A DNA stretch of 58,185 nt from an uncultured Clostridium sp. (lineage in GTDB: Bacteria > Bacillota > Clostridia > TANB77 > CAG-508), in assembly GCA_948471115.1 (NCBI GenBank), contig CAOKRJ010000004.1, forward strand, positions 1 through 58,185. The letters run 5' to 3'. Made by a program: the position numbers and the translations under genes. The notes under the pieces are model-generated. The model searched no databases. It was not told where the DNA came from and saw only the letters and a list, made by a program, of their open reading frames with translations. Numbering within the stretch: the first letter of the stretch is position 1; every line of letters begins with the position of its first letter. Below are positions 41,916-51,839 of the stretch, piece by piece.

Positions 41916-42508
41916 ATAACTCCCCCTATTGCTTTAGCATATTCGATATCTCCATTTTTATCTAATTGTTTTATAAATCTTTCTTTTAACAATGGTCTAA
42001 TTATCTTAAATCTATCTTTTTCCTTAATTACTAGACCTGAATCTTGTAATATCTTCATTATTACTTGTTTTAATTTAGCAGAAGTTGATTCACTTCTTTC
42101 TTTCAGAAATTGACTTAAAATACATTTTTTTTCATACCAATTATCTATTTCAAACTTTTTTATGTATTCAGATCTCATAAATAATTTATCTTTATATACT
42201 TCAATAATAAAATCTCTTACTAACTTATCTGTTTTCATAATTGCATATACTAAAATATATTTACTGTTTTCAATATCTGTATGAACAAAATCATACATCA
42301 TTTCTTTATCCATCACACTTAATCTTCTAAAAATTGGTGGATTTGCTCTTTTTATGCTTCCTATTGTTTTATGTTTAATTAAATTTTCCTCAATATTTCT
42401 TGATTTTAACGTATTGACATCATATCCTTCAAGTATATATGTTGCAATAGTCTTAGTTTCGTAATACATGAATGGCTCACCAGTTAATTTCGCACTATAA
42501 TCTTCCAT
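41912..42508 (-). CDS. brxA: BREX BrxA (DUF1819)
   Basis: YSAKLTGEPFMYYE, SESTSAKLKQVIMKILQDSGL; first gene of the brx cluster. Confidence 0.88.
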   Translation of the reverse strand: MEDYSAKLTGEPFMYYETKTIATYILEGYDVNTLKSRNIEENLIKHKTIGSIKRANPPIFRRLSVMDKEMMYDFVHTDIENSKYILVYAIMKTDKLVRDFIIEVYKDKLFMRSEYIKKFEIDNWYEKKCILSQFLKERSESTSAKLKQVIMKILQDSGLVIKEKDRFKIIRPLLKERFIKQLDKNGDIEYAKAIGGVI

Positions 42509-42727
42509 TGGTATCTACTCCTTATTTTTTGTTATTTATTTTGCAATACATTTTATCATATTATAAATAAAAAAGCTATATTTTAGTTCATTTTTATATT
42601 TTACCTTAACATTCGCAGACTTTTTTATTTTTATTGGTAAAAATTCGCATTAAATATATAAAAAATAAGACATACATACAATATTATTGTGTTTCTATAA
42701 AAATACATAAAAATTATTAAAAAAGAC

Positions 42728-42756
42728 TTGACAAATTCAATTAAATTGTTTAAAAT
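42728..42756 (+). promoter_or_regulatory. sigmaA promoter of the tRNA pair
   Basis: TTGACA-17 nt-TAAAAT. Confidence 0.8.
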
Positions 42757-42778
42757 TATATATGCACTGTTGGAAAAT

Positions 42779-42856
42779 GGTGGATGTAGCGTAGTTGGTT
42801 AACGCGCCAGTTTGTGGCACTGGAGACCATGGGTTCGAATCCCATCCTCCACCCCA
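42779..42856 (+). tRNA. tRNA-His (GTG)
   Basis: G-1, cloverleaf, anticodon arm CCAGT-TTGTGGC-ACTGG, T arm ATGGG-TTCGAAT-CCCAT, C73 and encoded CCA. Confidence 0.95.
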
Positions 42857-42950
42857 TTTTTAATACTTATTAAATATATTTGAAATTATATAATATTTTA
42901 ATAAAATAAATTATAGTATCAGTATGTAGTAATATTTAAATTATTTATAT

Positions 42951-43025
42951 TGGGCTGTAGCCAAGCGGTAAGGCACATGACTTTGACTCATGCATGCGCT
43001 AGTTCGAATCTAGCCAGCCCAACCA
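42951..43025 (+). tRNA. tRNA-Gln (TTG)
   Basis: TGGGCTG/CAGCCCA acceptor stem, CATGA-CTTTGAC-TCATG, GCTAG-TTCGAAT-CTAGC, CCA. Confidence 0.96.
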
Positions 43026-43066
43026 AAAAAAGTCATAAAAACTTTTAGTTTTTATGACTTTTTTTT
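43025..43066 (+). terminator. Intrinsic terminator after the tRNAs (probably bidirectional)
   Basis: AAAAAAGTCATAAAAAC-TTTTA-GTTTTTATGACTTTTTTTT. Confidence 0.85.
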
Positions 43067-43210
43067 ACACAAATAATTTATAAAAAGGTAAATTACAATA
43101 CTTAATCTACCTTTTGTTAAATATTAGAAAACTTTTTAAATTACAAATTTGTTATACAATTAAACACTGACAAACAGCTTTTCAAAATCTACAATAAACA
43201 ATACTAATTA

Positions 43211-45643
43211 TTATTTGTTGGAAAATTCATAAGATTGTTTCTTTCCTATTATTAATGTTCCTGCTAAAATTTCTTCTGCTATTTTGTCTTCTACTAAAGT
43301 TTGAATACTTTTTCTTAATGGTCTTGCTCCATAATTTTTGTCATATCCTTGCTTTTTGATTTCTTCTATTACTTTTCTATCTATATTAATATCATAACCA
43401 TTATCACTCAATCTTTTTTCAACTTGTACCAGAAGTAATTCTATTATTTTTTCTATTTCTTTATCATTTAATTTGTGGAATACTATTATTTCATCTATTC
43501 TATTTATAAATTCTGGTTTTAAGCTTCTCTTTACTTCAGCCATAACTTCTTTCTTAATATCTTCATATTCTCTTTGTTGTTCTTCTTTTACCTTTTCTGT
43601 AAAACCTAAAGTTTTCTTTTTATTTATTAAAGAAGCACCTATATTAGATGTTAGTATTATTACTGTATTTTTGAAATCTACAGTTCTTCCTGTTGAATCA
43701 GTCAACCTTCCATCTTCTAAAACTTGAAGTAAAATATTCATTACATCTGGATGTGCCTTTTCTATTTCATCAAATAAAATTACTGCATAAGGTTTTCTTC
43801 TAACTCTCTCAGTTAATTGTCCTCCTTCATCAAATCCTACATATCCAGGGGGTGCTCCTATTAATTTTGCTACTGAGTGTCCCTCCATAAATTCTGACAT
43901 ATCTAATCTTATCATTGAGCTTTCATTTCCAAATAGCTCTATTGAAAGAGCTTTTGCGGTTTCAGTTTTACCAACTCCCGTTGGCCCCAAAAATAAAAAT
44001 GAACCTATTGGTCTATTAGGGTCTTTTAACCCAACTCTTCCCCTTCTTATTGCTTTTGCTACCGCTTCTATAGCTTCATTCTGGCCTACAACCTTTCTAT
44101 GTAATGATTCTTCTAAATTTCTTAATTTTTCATTTTCATCTTGTGTTATTCTTTGTATTGGTATACTAGTCCATGTTGATACAATGCTTGCAATGTCCTC
44201 TTTAGTAATATCTGTAACTGCCTTAATATTCTTTTCATTCCATTTTTCTTTTTCTTCATCTATTTTAATCCTTTGTTTTTCTTCTTTATCTCTTAACATA
44301 GCTGCTTCTTCGAAGTTCTGTATATTTATCGCATCTTCCTTTGCCTTTTTAGTAAATGCTATTTCTTCTTCTAAATCTTTTATTCTCTCTGGTAAGGTAT
44401 ACTTTTTCATCCTGGTCATTGAAGCTGCTTCATCAATAATATCAATAGCTTTATCTGGTAAAAATCTATCATTAATATATCTTGAAGATAATAATACTGC
44501 TTCTTCTAATGCTTCATCCGTTATTCTTACATTATGGTGTAATTCATATTTGTCCCTAATGCCTTTTAAAATTAATATAGTATCTTTTGTGTTTGGTTCC
44601 TCAACCATAACTGAACTAAATCTTCTTTCTAACGCTGCATCTTTTTCTATATATTTTCTATATTCATTTATAGTTGTCGCTCCTATTACTTGTATTTCTC
44701 CTCTTGATAATAAAGGTTTTAAAATATTTGCAGCATCTATTGCTCCTTCTGCTGCTCCTGCACCAACAATTGTATGGATTTCATCTATAAATAAAATGAC
44801 ATCTTTTGCTTTTTTAACCTCATTTAGAGATTTCTTTATTCTATCTTCAAAATCTCCTCTATATTTGGCTCCAGCTACCATACTAGAAATATCTAAAGAA
44901 ACAATCCTTTTGTTTTTTAACATTTCTGGAACATCATCAGAAACTATCTTTTCTGCTAATCCCTCTGCTATAGATGTTTTTCCAACTCCTGGTTCTCCTA
45001 TTAAACATGGATTGTTTTTAGTTCTCCTTGTTAAAATTTGAATTACCCTTTCTATCTCTCGATTTCTTCCTACAATATTATCCAATTTTCCATTTTTAGC
45101 CTCTATTGTTAAGTCTACACTATACTGATTAAGTACATATGTATGTGAATAGCTTCCCCTACCTATGTTTTCTAAATTAGAAATGTTTTTATCATTAGAA
45201 AAATCTTGTTCATCTAATAACTGCATAATCTCATTATACATAGTTTGAATGTCTATTCCTAAATCACTTATAATTCGTGCTGCTATACTATCGGTCTCTC
45301 TAATTATTCCAATTAATAAATGTTCTGTTCCAATATAGTTAGAATCAATTTTCTTTGATTCTTTAAATGCATTTTCAAACACCTTTTTACTTCTCGGTGT
45401 AAATCCTAGGGTCTTATCTATTCCATCTTCATTTTTTCCTATTAATGCCTCTATATCTTCTAAAATCTTTTCAGATGTTATATCTTGTTTCTCTAGAACT
45501 CTTCCTGCAACTCCTGTCTTTTCCTCAGCTAGTCCATATAATAAATGTTCTGTTCCAACATAATTATGTCCTAATTTTATTGCTACATTACTTGCAAGTT
45601 CAAGTACAATATTTGCACTTTTTGTGAATTTATAATCCATCAT
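43211..45643 (-). CDS. clpC: ATP-dependent Clp protease ATPase subunit ClpC
   Basis: Two Clp N repeats (GTEHLL), GEPGVGKT, UVR linker, GPTGVGKT, GAPPGYVG, GARPLR. Confidence 0.95.
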   Translation of the reverse strand: MMDYKFTKSANIVLELASNVAIKLGHNYVGTEHLLYGLAEEKTGVAGRVLEKQDITSEKILEDIEALIGKNEDGIDKTLGFTPRSKKVFENAFKESKKIDSNYIGTEHLLIGIIRETDSIAARIISDLGIDIQTMYNEIMQLLDEQDFSNDKNISNLENIGRGSYSHTYVLNQYSVDLTIEAKNGKLDNIVGRNREIERVIQILTRRTKNNPCLIGEPGVGKTSIAEGLAEKIVSDDVPEMLKNKRIVSLDISSMVAGAKYRGDFEDRIKKSLNEVKKAKDVILFIDEIHTIVGAGAAEGAIDAANILKPLLSRGEIQVIGATTINEYRKYIEKDAALERRFSSVMVEEPNTKDTILILKGIRDKYELHHNVRITDEALEEAVLLSSRYINDRFLPDKAIDIIDEAASMTRMKKYTLPERIKDLEEEIAFTKKAKEDAINIQNFEEAAMLRDKEEKQRIKIDEEKEKWNEKNIKAVTDITKEDIASIVSTWTSIPIQRITQDENEKLRNLEESLHRKVVGQNEAIEAVAKAIRRGRVGLKDPNRPIGSFLFLGPTGVGKTETAKALSIELFGNESSMIRLDMSEFMEGHSVAKLIGAPPGYVGFDEGGQLTERVRRKPYAVILFDEIEKAHPDVMNILLQVLEDGRLTDSTGRTVDFKNTVIILTSNIGASLINKKKTLGFTEKVKEEQQREYEDIKKEVMAEVKRSLKPEFINRIDEIIVFHKLNDKEIEKIIELLLVQVEKRLSDNGYDINIDRKVIEEIKKQGYDKNYGARPLRKSIQTLVEDKIAEEILAGTLIIGKKQSYEFSNK

Positions 45644-45672
45644 ATGTAATCTCTCCTCTTGTTTTTTCTCAA

Positions 45673-45700
45673 ATTATAGCACTCTAGTATTACAATTCAA
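45673..45700 (-). promoter_or_regulatory. Putative clpC promoter
   Basis: TTGAAT-16 nt-TATAAT with extended -10 TG. Confidence 0.5.
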
Positions 45701-45741
45701 TAGTTTCGACAAACCTTTTATCGCTTAGACAAAGGTTCTAT

Positions 45742-45786
45742 TATATAACAAAAAAGTGAGATATTGACTCACTTTTTTGTTATATA
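45742..45786 (-). terminator. Perfect 19-bp hairpin, probable terminator
   Basis: TATATAACAAAAAAGTGAG-ATATTGA-CTCACTTTTTTGTTATATA. Confidence 0.75.
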
Positions 45787-45897
45787 TGACAATTTATTCG
45801 CAATTTCTTTTTGTTTTTCCAAAGTTAGCCAAGCAAAATATGAAGGAATAAACTCTCCATATTTTGTTGTATCTTCTTTTCTTTCCCTTTTTTCCAT
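45769..45897 (-). CDS. 42-aa small protein not in the ORF track
   Basis: AGGAGA RBS, ATG 45897, MEKRERKEDTTKYGEFIPSYFAWLTLEKQKEIANKLSYITKK*; stop lies within the terminator. Confidence 0.5.
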   Translation of the reverse strand: MEKRERKEDTTKYGEFIPSYFAWLTLEKQKEIANKLSYITKK

Positions 45898-46063
45898 TAA
45901 TACTCTCCTACAAATTTAATTTATTATTAATATGTTCAAAATTCTTTAATATATACAATAAATAAAAAATTAATATAATTAATATTTTCTATAATACTTT
46001 TATAATTTTTGTCCTCCTATTTTCATATAAAAATAAATGTACTTTCTATAATATATATTTTTT

Positions 46064-47356
46064 CTAATTATTTATTAATTCTGCTATGTCATATCCTAAT
46101 TTTATAGCATAATTCATACCTCTATCCTGTGGATAAATCTGAGCCATATTAGCTATATATATACCTGATGATAATCTATTATCTAATTTATCTTTACTAT
46201 AGTTAGTCTTTATTACAGGTTGTGCATATTCCTCTTCAAAGGTTTCTGCACATATTATATCATTTAAATTAAATTTGGGATTTATCTTTTTTATATATGG
46301 TAAATATAATTCTACCAATTCTTTAGCTGACATTTTGAATTTTTTATCATTCTTATCAATATAATTTGATATATATATTATGTTTTCAGAATTATAATTT
46401 ATTTTATCTACCATATTTGTATGTTCAATTATACCAACAAATGGAATATCATTATCTCCTACATTAATCCAATAATATGGAGATATACTTTTTTTGCTCC
46501 TTATTAATAAAGTTTTTGCTGACATATACTTCATTTGTTTTATCTTTTCTCTTTCATTATAATCTAAAATATCATTAAAAATTTTTTCCATTACATTATA
46601 TGGCAATGTACTTACTACTTCATCAAATTCTTCATATTCATTTTTATCTGTTTCAATTATGTATTTGTTTTCGTTTTTATATACTTTTTCAACTTTTTCT
46701 TGTAACTTTATAATACATCTATTTTCGATTATATATGAATATAATCTATCATTTATTTTCTTCCAGCTACCATTTAAATAACCTAATTTTTCTCCATTCA
46801 TAGTTCCATTAGTGCTTCTTAAATTTATTTTTCCCCATAACCATGCCATAGATACTTTTTCTTTTTCATCTTGAAATTTGCCATTCATTAGTGGTTCCCA
46901 TACTTTGTTATAAATACTTACCCCATATTTTTTTACAATCCAATCTTTTACTGTGTACTTTTCTATATCTTTGTAATTTTTTATAAATTTCAAGTTGATA
47001 ATTGATAAACCAAATTTTATTTTTTGTATAAAGTTTAAAGGTTTATATCTTAATAATGATAGTGGTGTCCCAAATTCATATAATCCCTCACTTGAATAAT
47101 ATGCCATTCTAGTATTTAACCATTGTAAATCTTCATTTAATCCCATTTCATTTAGCAAATTTATCATATATGTATCACTTTGAAATATATGTCTATAATG
47201 CTTATCAATTATATATCCATTTCTGATTATACATATTGCCATTCCTCCAATTTCATCTTGTTTCTCAAATATTGTAACTGTATACTCCTTTTCTAATAAT
47301 TTCTTAGCACATGCTAATCCTGAATACCCTGCTCCTATTATGGCTATTTTCTTCAC
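46064..47356 (-). CDS. FAD-dependent oxidoreductase (HemY/amine-oxidase-like family)
   Basis: KKIAIIGAGYSGL, FEK...GG, YRHIF, QIYPQDRGMNYAI; GTG start after GGAGGA. Confidence 0.85.
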   Translation of the reverse strand: MKKIAIIGAGYSGLACAKKLLEKEYTVTIFEKQDEIGGMAICIIRNGYIIDKHYRHIFQSDTYMINLLNEMGLNEDLQWLNTRMAYYSSEGLYEFGTPLSLLRYKPLNFIQKIKFGLSIINLKFIKNYKDIEKYTVKDWIVKKYGVSIYNKVWEPLMNGKFQDEKEKVSMAWLWGKINLRSTNGTMNGEKLGYLNGSWKKINDRLYSYIIENRCIIKLQEKVEKVYKNENKYIIETDKNEYEEFDEVVSTLPYNVMEKIFNDILDYNEREKIKQMKYMSAKTLLIRSKKSISPYYWINVGDNDIPFVGIIEHTNMVDKINYNSENIIYISNYIDKNDKKFKMSAKELVELYLPYIKKINPKFNLNDIICAETFEEEYAQPVIKTNYSKDKLDNRLSSGIYIANMAQIYPQDRGMNYAIKLGYDIAELINN

Positions 47357-47357
47357 T

Positions 47358-48797
47358 CTATTTCCTCCTATATACATATTCTTCTATTTGAATATATTGT
47401 TCTTCAAGTGTTCTACTAATTTCTCTATCCATATAATTATTATTATTAACTTTATATTTATTAACTATTATATACTTTGGCTTTTGCTCTGCAATTTCTT
47501 GTAAAAATTTATTTGCTATATCATTACTGTTATATATTACTGGAACCTGATAGAAAAATTTTCCTTTATAATTTCTATCAGATAAATTATATATTATATT
47601 TTCATTTCCTAACACCAAGATATTATCATCTTCTTTTGTATTTTTTTCTAGCCAATCTGCAATAATCTCAATTTTTAGTAGGTATTTTTGTGAATTTTCT
47701 TTTATATTTTTTATATTACAATATTTTACTCCAAAGGCAATTAATACTAGATATAATTCTATCCCTATAGTAATAATAAATTTATAATTATCCTTATCCT
47801 TTATTAATATACTTAATGGTATTATGACACATGGCATTAATATTATCATATAATGTAAATATTCTCTTTTAGGAGATATAACAATATATATTGAAACTAT
47901 ATAATAGATTAAATTTATTATTAATAACTTTCTATCTTCAATGTTCTTTTTTAGAAATATTAATAATATGTTTATAAATATTATAATAGGATGTATATAT
48001 AGAGTTAGTGTAAAAAAGTATATACATGTTTCCAAAATATTATTGGGAGTATTCACTGAGACATATTTTAAATTAAATATTAAATAATATTCTATAAACT
48101 CTTTAAAAATATTGTTATGTATTAAATATATTACTATAGGCACAATACATATAGACATTCCTAAAATAGTATAACCTATAAGTCTAAAAAGTTTCTTTAT
48201 ATTTCTTTTTACTATCATTTTAGTCATAAAATATAGATATATTATTATCCACAAAACAATTATATTAGCTCTTAAAAATAATACAATAGACATACAAAAG
48301 CCAATTATTACAAATGACTTAGCATTATATTTTATAATTAAATTCTTTACAAAATAATATAATGATATTAAAATAAATGGTATAGAATAACTTTCTGTAT
48401 TTGGAAAATCCTCTAAAGCGATAAATAATATTATCATACTGATTGCTGTTACTATTATACTTTTTAATTTTGTATATTTATCAGATAAGACAATTTCTGT
48501 TATTTTATATATAAATATTTCATTAACTATAAAAATAATTAATTCTGATACTATTGTATAATTTCTAAATAAATAATAAAATAAATATAAGATAGGTCCT
48601 TTATGGTCAAATAAATCTTTATATATAATTTTACCATTTTCTATCATATTTGCTATATATTTCCATACATTTACATCTGTTCCATACATTTCATTTAAAG
48701 CTAAATATTCAGATATAAGAAAATATACAATTATTGAAATTGCTACACTAAATATAATTATCCAATTATGTTTTATTTTTTTATATAAATTTTCCAT
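47358..48797 (-). CDS. Polytopic GT-C (ArnT/PMT-like) glycosyltransferase
   Basis: YKDLFDHKGP motif after the first TM, NTE motif, roughly 10 TMs and a soluble C-terminus. Confidence 0.75.
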   Translation of the reverse strand: MENLYKKIKHNWIIIFSVAISIIVYFLISEYLALNEMYGTDVNVWKYIANMIENGKIIYKDLFDHKGPILYLFYYLFRNYTIVSELIIFIVNEIFIYKITEIVLSDKYTKLKSIIVTAISMIILFIALEDFPNTESYSIPFILISLYYFVKNLIIKYNAKSFVIIGFCMSIVLFLRANIIVLWIIIYLYFMTKMIVKRNIKKLFRLIGYTILGMSICIVPIVIYLIHNNIFKEFIEYYLIFNLKYVSVNTPNNILETCIYFFTLTLYIHPIIIFINILLIFLKKNIEDRKLLIINLIYYIVSIYIVISPKREYLHYMIILMPCVIIPLSILIKDKDNYKFIITIGIELYLVLIAFGVKYCNIKNIKENSQKYLLKIEIIADWLEKNTKEDDNILVLGNENIIYNLSDRNYKGKFFYQVPVIYNSNDIANKFLQEIAEQKPKYIIVNKYKVNNNNYMDREISRTLEEQYIQIEEYVYRRK

Positions 48798-48824
48798 ATA
48801 TTACTATAACCTTTTTACATTTTT

Positions 48825-49367
48825 TTATTTATAATATTTTTCTTCATTTTTTAATAAATCTCTGATTTCTTCTAAAAGTTGTACTTCTTCGCTTTTTTTA
48901 GGTTGTTCTTCTGCTTTCTCCTTTTTTTCTTCATGTTTTAATTTTTCAAATAATCTTACTGTTGTAAAAATGCAAATAGCAATAATCAAAAAGTCTATAA
49001 TTGTTTGAATAAAAGAACCATAAGCTATTTTAGAGTCTTTTATTTGCCATGATAGATTTGAAAAGTCTAGTCCTCCAATTATTACTCCTATTAAAGGTGT
49101 AATAATATCGTTTACTAAACTTGTTACAATTTTTCCAAAAGCTCCACCAACAATAACACCTACTGCCATGTCAACTACATTACCCCTAGAGATAAATTTT
49201 TTAAACTCACTAGCTTCTTTTTTCATCTTTTTCAAATTTTCACCTGCTATTTGTTCTAATTCTTTTTTCTTTTTTTGTGCTTGTCCTTCTATTAAATCGG
49301 TTTTTTCTTCATTTCCTTTTACATACATTTTGTTTTCTTCATGTGTTTTTATTCTATTTTCTTCCAT
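48825..49367 (-). CDS. mscL: Large-conductance mechanosensitive channel with N-terminal extension
   Basis: EFKKFISRGNVVDMAVGVIVGGAFGKIVTSLVNDII, YGSFI, LLEEIRDLL. Confidence 0.93.
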   Translation of the reverse strand: MEENRIKTHEENKMYVKGNEEKTDLIEGQAQKKKKELEQIAGENLKKMKKEASEFKKFISRGNVVDMAVGVIVGGAFGKIVTSLVNDIITPLIGVIIGGLDFSNLSWQIKDSKIAYGSFIQTIIDFLIIAICIFTTVRLFEKLKHEEKKEKAEEQPKKSEEVQLLEEIRDLLKNEEKYYK

Positions 49368-49389
49368 ATTCTACTCCTTCTAATTTTCT

Positions 49390-49960
49390 TTATATTTTTG
49401 CTTTAAGTCCTAATTTTACATGGTTATATATGTTTTCACTTTCTTGTTGTGTTACTGAAATTAATATTGTTAATACGAAAACTTTTAATTCTACTTTTAT
49501 ATCTCTATTAAGTATTTGTGCTGTTTGATATACTCTTATATATGGACTTGTATATATTATTTCTATTCTATAATTATCTATTTCTTTTCTATATTCATTT
49601 ATTCTATTTTTTCCGTTTTCTGTTAAGTCGACATCAGCAATTCCTAATAACAATTTTCTATATAATCTATAGACCAATACAACTTTTCTGGATATCTACC
49701 ATTAATTGATTTATACAAAAATCAATATCTTTTTCAGTTAGGAACTTTAATATAAATACGGTGCAACACCATGTCCTATTATTGTCGTGTTCTCATTAAT
49801 TAAACCTAAATTTAAATAGTATTTAAGTAGTTTCTCCAGTTTTCATAATTTTGATAACTTACTGCTATTGGAAATTGTGGTACATATACCTGTGTTGTCC
49901 TTTATCTTCTATAAAATCTTTATGTATTTATTCGCATGCACTACTTTGATATCTCTCATA
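49390..49960 (-). pseudogene. Fused gene fragments, including a possible alpha/beta-hydrolase remnant
   Basis: Pieces such as VYVPQFP and INENTTIIGH (YdeN/RBBP9-like) with stops and frameshifts. Confidence 0.4.
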
Positions 49961-49974
49961 TATTTTCTTCAATC

Positions 49975-50421
49975 TTATATAACATATTTAGTATCACTGA
50001 AAATTTCTAATGGATATATTTTTTTATCTTCAAAGTCTTTTATAAATTGGATATTCTTGTCATAAGCTCTTAATTCTTGTATTGTCATACTTTTTAATTC
50101 TTCGATATCAACCCATTTTACTTCTAATATTTCTTCTGTATCGAATTTAATATTTTCTTCTAATATGTCAGCTGTAAATCTTACATGGATTCTAGTCTGT
50201 CCATCTTCCGCATCAGCACAATATATCGGTAATACTCCTGTAAGTTTTACTCTACATCCTGTTTCTTCAAATATCTCTCTAATAGCTGCATCTGTTATTT
50301 TCTCTAGTTCATCTACATGCCCTGCAGGAAAATTCCATTGTCCATAACATTTCTTTTGGGCTTCCTTTACCATTAATACTTTATTATCTCTAACAATTAC
50401 ACCACCAGCTATAACAATCAT
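49975..50421 (-). CDS. NUDIX hydrolase
   Basis: WNFPAGHVDELEKITDAAIREIFEETG (Nudix box). Confidence 0.9.
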   Translation of the reverse strand: MIVIAGGVIVRDNKVLMVKEAQKKCYGQWNFPAGHVDELEKITDAAIREIFEETGCRVKLTGVLPIYCADAEDGQTRIHVRFTADILEENIKFDTEEILEVKWVDIEELKSMTIQELRAYDKNIQFIKDFEDKKIYPLEIFSDTKYVI

Positions 50422-50665
50422 AATAATTCTCCTCTATAATTTTCTTAAAATATAATATTTTTGCTAATACTTTTATCTTTTTTATATTAATTGAATTAAA
50501 ACACTTTATTGCCTCTTGCTTATCATTAGTGTATAAGTTTCTTTTAAATATTGAACTTTGCATAAATTACAATTCTCTATTTTGATAACATGCTTTTTAT
50601 CTTACTTACACTTTCCTCATCAAATAATGTAATACATGTAATCTCTTTTTCATTATCTATTCTCC

Positions 50666-51322
50666 TTATTCAATTTCTATAGTTTCATCATTTTCTAATA
50701 TCTCATAATCAACTTCATATTTCTCAAACATTTCTTTTATATAGTTAAAATCTGGTGGAAATGCTGGATTATCCATGTGAATTGGAATTGTTAATACTGA
50801 TTCTACTTCTTTTGCATATAAAGATGCTTCAAAGGCTGACATCGTTAATCCATGTCCTGTTACTGGAATACAGAGAATGTCTGCTTTATATTCGTTTCTA
50901 AAACAAATTGTATCACTTGCTGTATATAATCTATTTTTTCCATCATCAATAATATATCCCACATTTTCATGTATCTCTTTTGAACCTTTTAATAATGGTT
51001 GATATCCATGTATTGCATGTACTACTTCTATTTTTATATCATCTAATTTTATTAAATCATTTTCTTTTACAATATTTATATTTAAACTTGTATTTGCTTC
51101 ACTAACTTCTTTTGTTGAATAAATTGTTATATTTTTATTTAGTTTTTCTAATGCTTCTGTATTGCAATGGTCTGGGTGTTTATGTGTTATTAAAATAATA
51201 TCTACATTATTCCAAATATCAAAATACTCCTCTTTATATTTTAAACTTCCTGGATCTACTAGTATTTTCTTTCCTTTTGTTTCAATTAGTAGACATGACT
51301 GTGGGAATTTTGTAATTTTCAT
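50666..51322 (-). CDS. MBL-fold metallo-hydrolase
   Basis: QSCLLIE, VDPG, THKHPDH, SDT, PIH. Confidence 0.85.
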   Translation of the reverse strand: MKITKFPQSCLLIETKGKKILVDPGSLKYKEEYFDIWNNVDIILITHKHPDHCNTEALEKLNKNITIYSTKEVSEANTSLNINIVKENDLIKLDDIKIEVVHAIHGYQPLLKGSKEIHENVGYIIDDGKNRLYTASDTICFRNEYKADILCIPVTGHGLTMSAFEASLYAKEVESVLTIPIHMDNPAFPPDFNYIKEMFEKYEVDYEILENDETIEIE

Positions 51323-51839
51323 AATTCATCAAACCTTTCTTATTTACTATCTTCATACTGGTATTCCTTCCATGTATTATTTATATATTTTATATCACAA
51401 TTTAACACATTTGTATAGTTTTTTAGCAATTTTCATATAATGCCCAAACTGTTATAATGTTTTTAGTTCCAGAGTACCACTTAATACACTCTTCTTTTCT
51501 TGTCATTGATGTTTTTTGCTTTTATTTTACCAATTTTCCAAAATATTTATTGACCTTATTTATATCAAAAAATTTTTTATTATACCCTTCTACAAGTAAT
51601 AATTCTTTTCTAAATATTCTCTGAGTGAATTTCTGCATCATATTTATTTAAAATTTTTATTTCTTTATTAGCTCTTGAATGCTTGATCTCCAATGTATAT
51701 AGTCAATATGTTAATATTGCTTTCCTGCCCTCATTTTTAATGAGGTATTTTAGGTTTTAATAGTACTTATTCTACTTAATCAATATACTTATCATTAAAT
51801 CCTCTTAGTTGAAAAATAATGTGCTTATAGAGGATATTT

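Noticed and set aside
42779-42856. tRNA-His as a frameshift-suppressor or aberrant tRNA
   Set aside because: Normal 7-nt anticodon loop; only a single acceptor-stem mismatch. tRNA-Gln is also normal.
42509-43066. tRNA-targeted integration site for the BREX island
   Set aside because: The island lies 5' of the tRNAs, and I saw no duplicated tRNA end or integrase in the window
44184-45041. 285-aa plus-strand ORF and the many other plus-strand ORFs in the track
   Set aside because: Antisense shadows of well-supported minus-strand genes with no recognisable motifs
45677-45703. CIRCE element at clpC
   Set aside because: Only one half-site (TAGCACTC) is present, overlapping the -10 box; the second arm is absent
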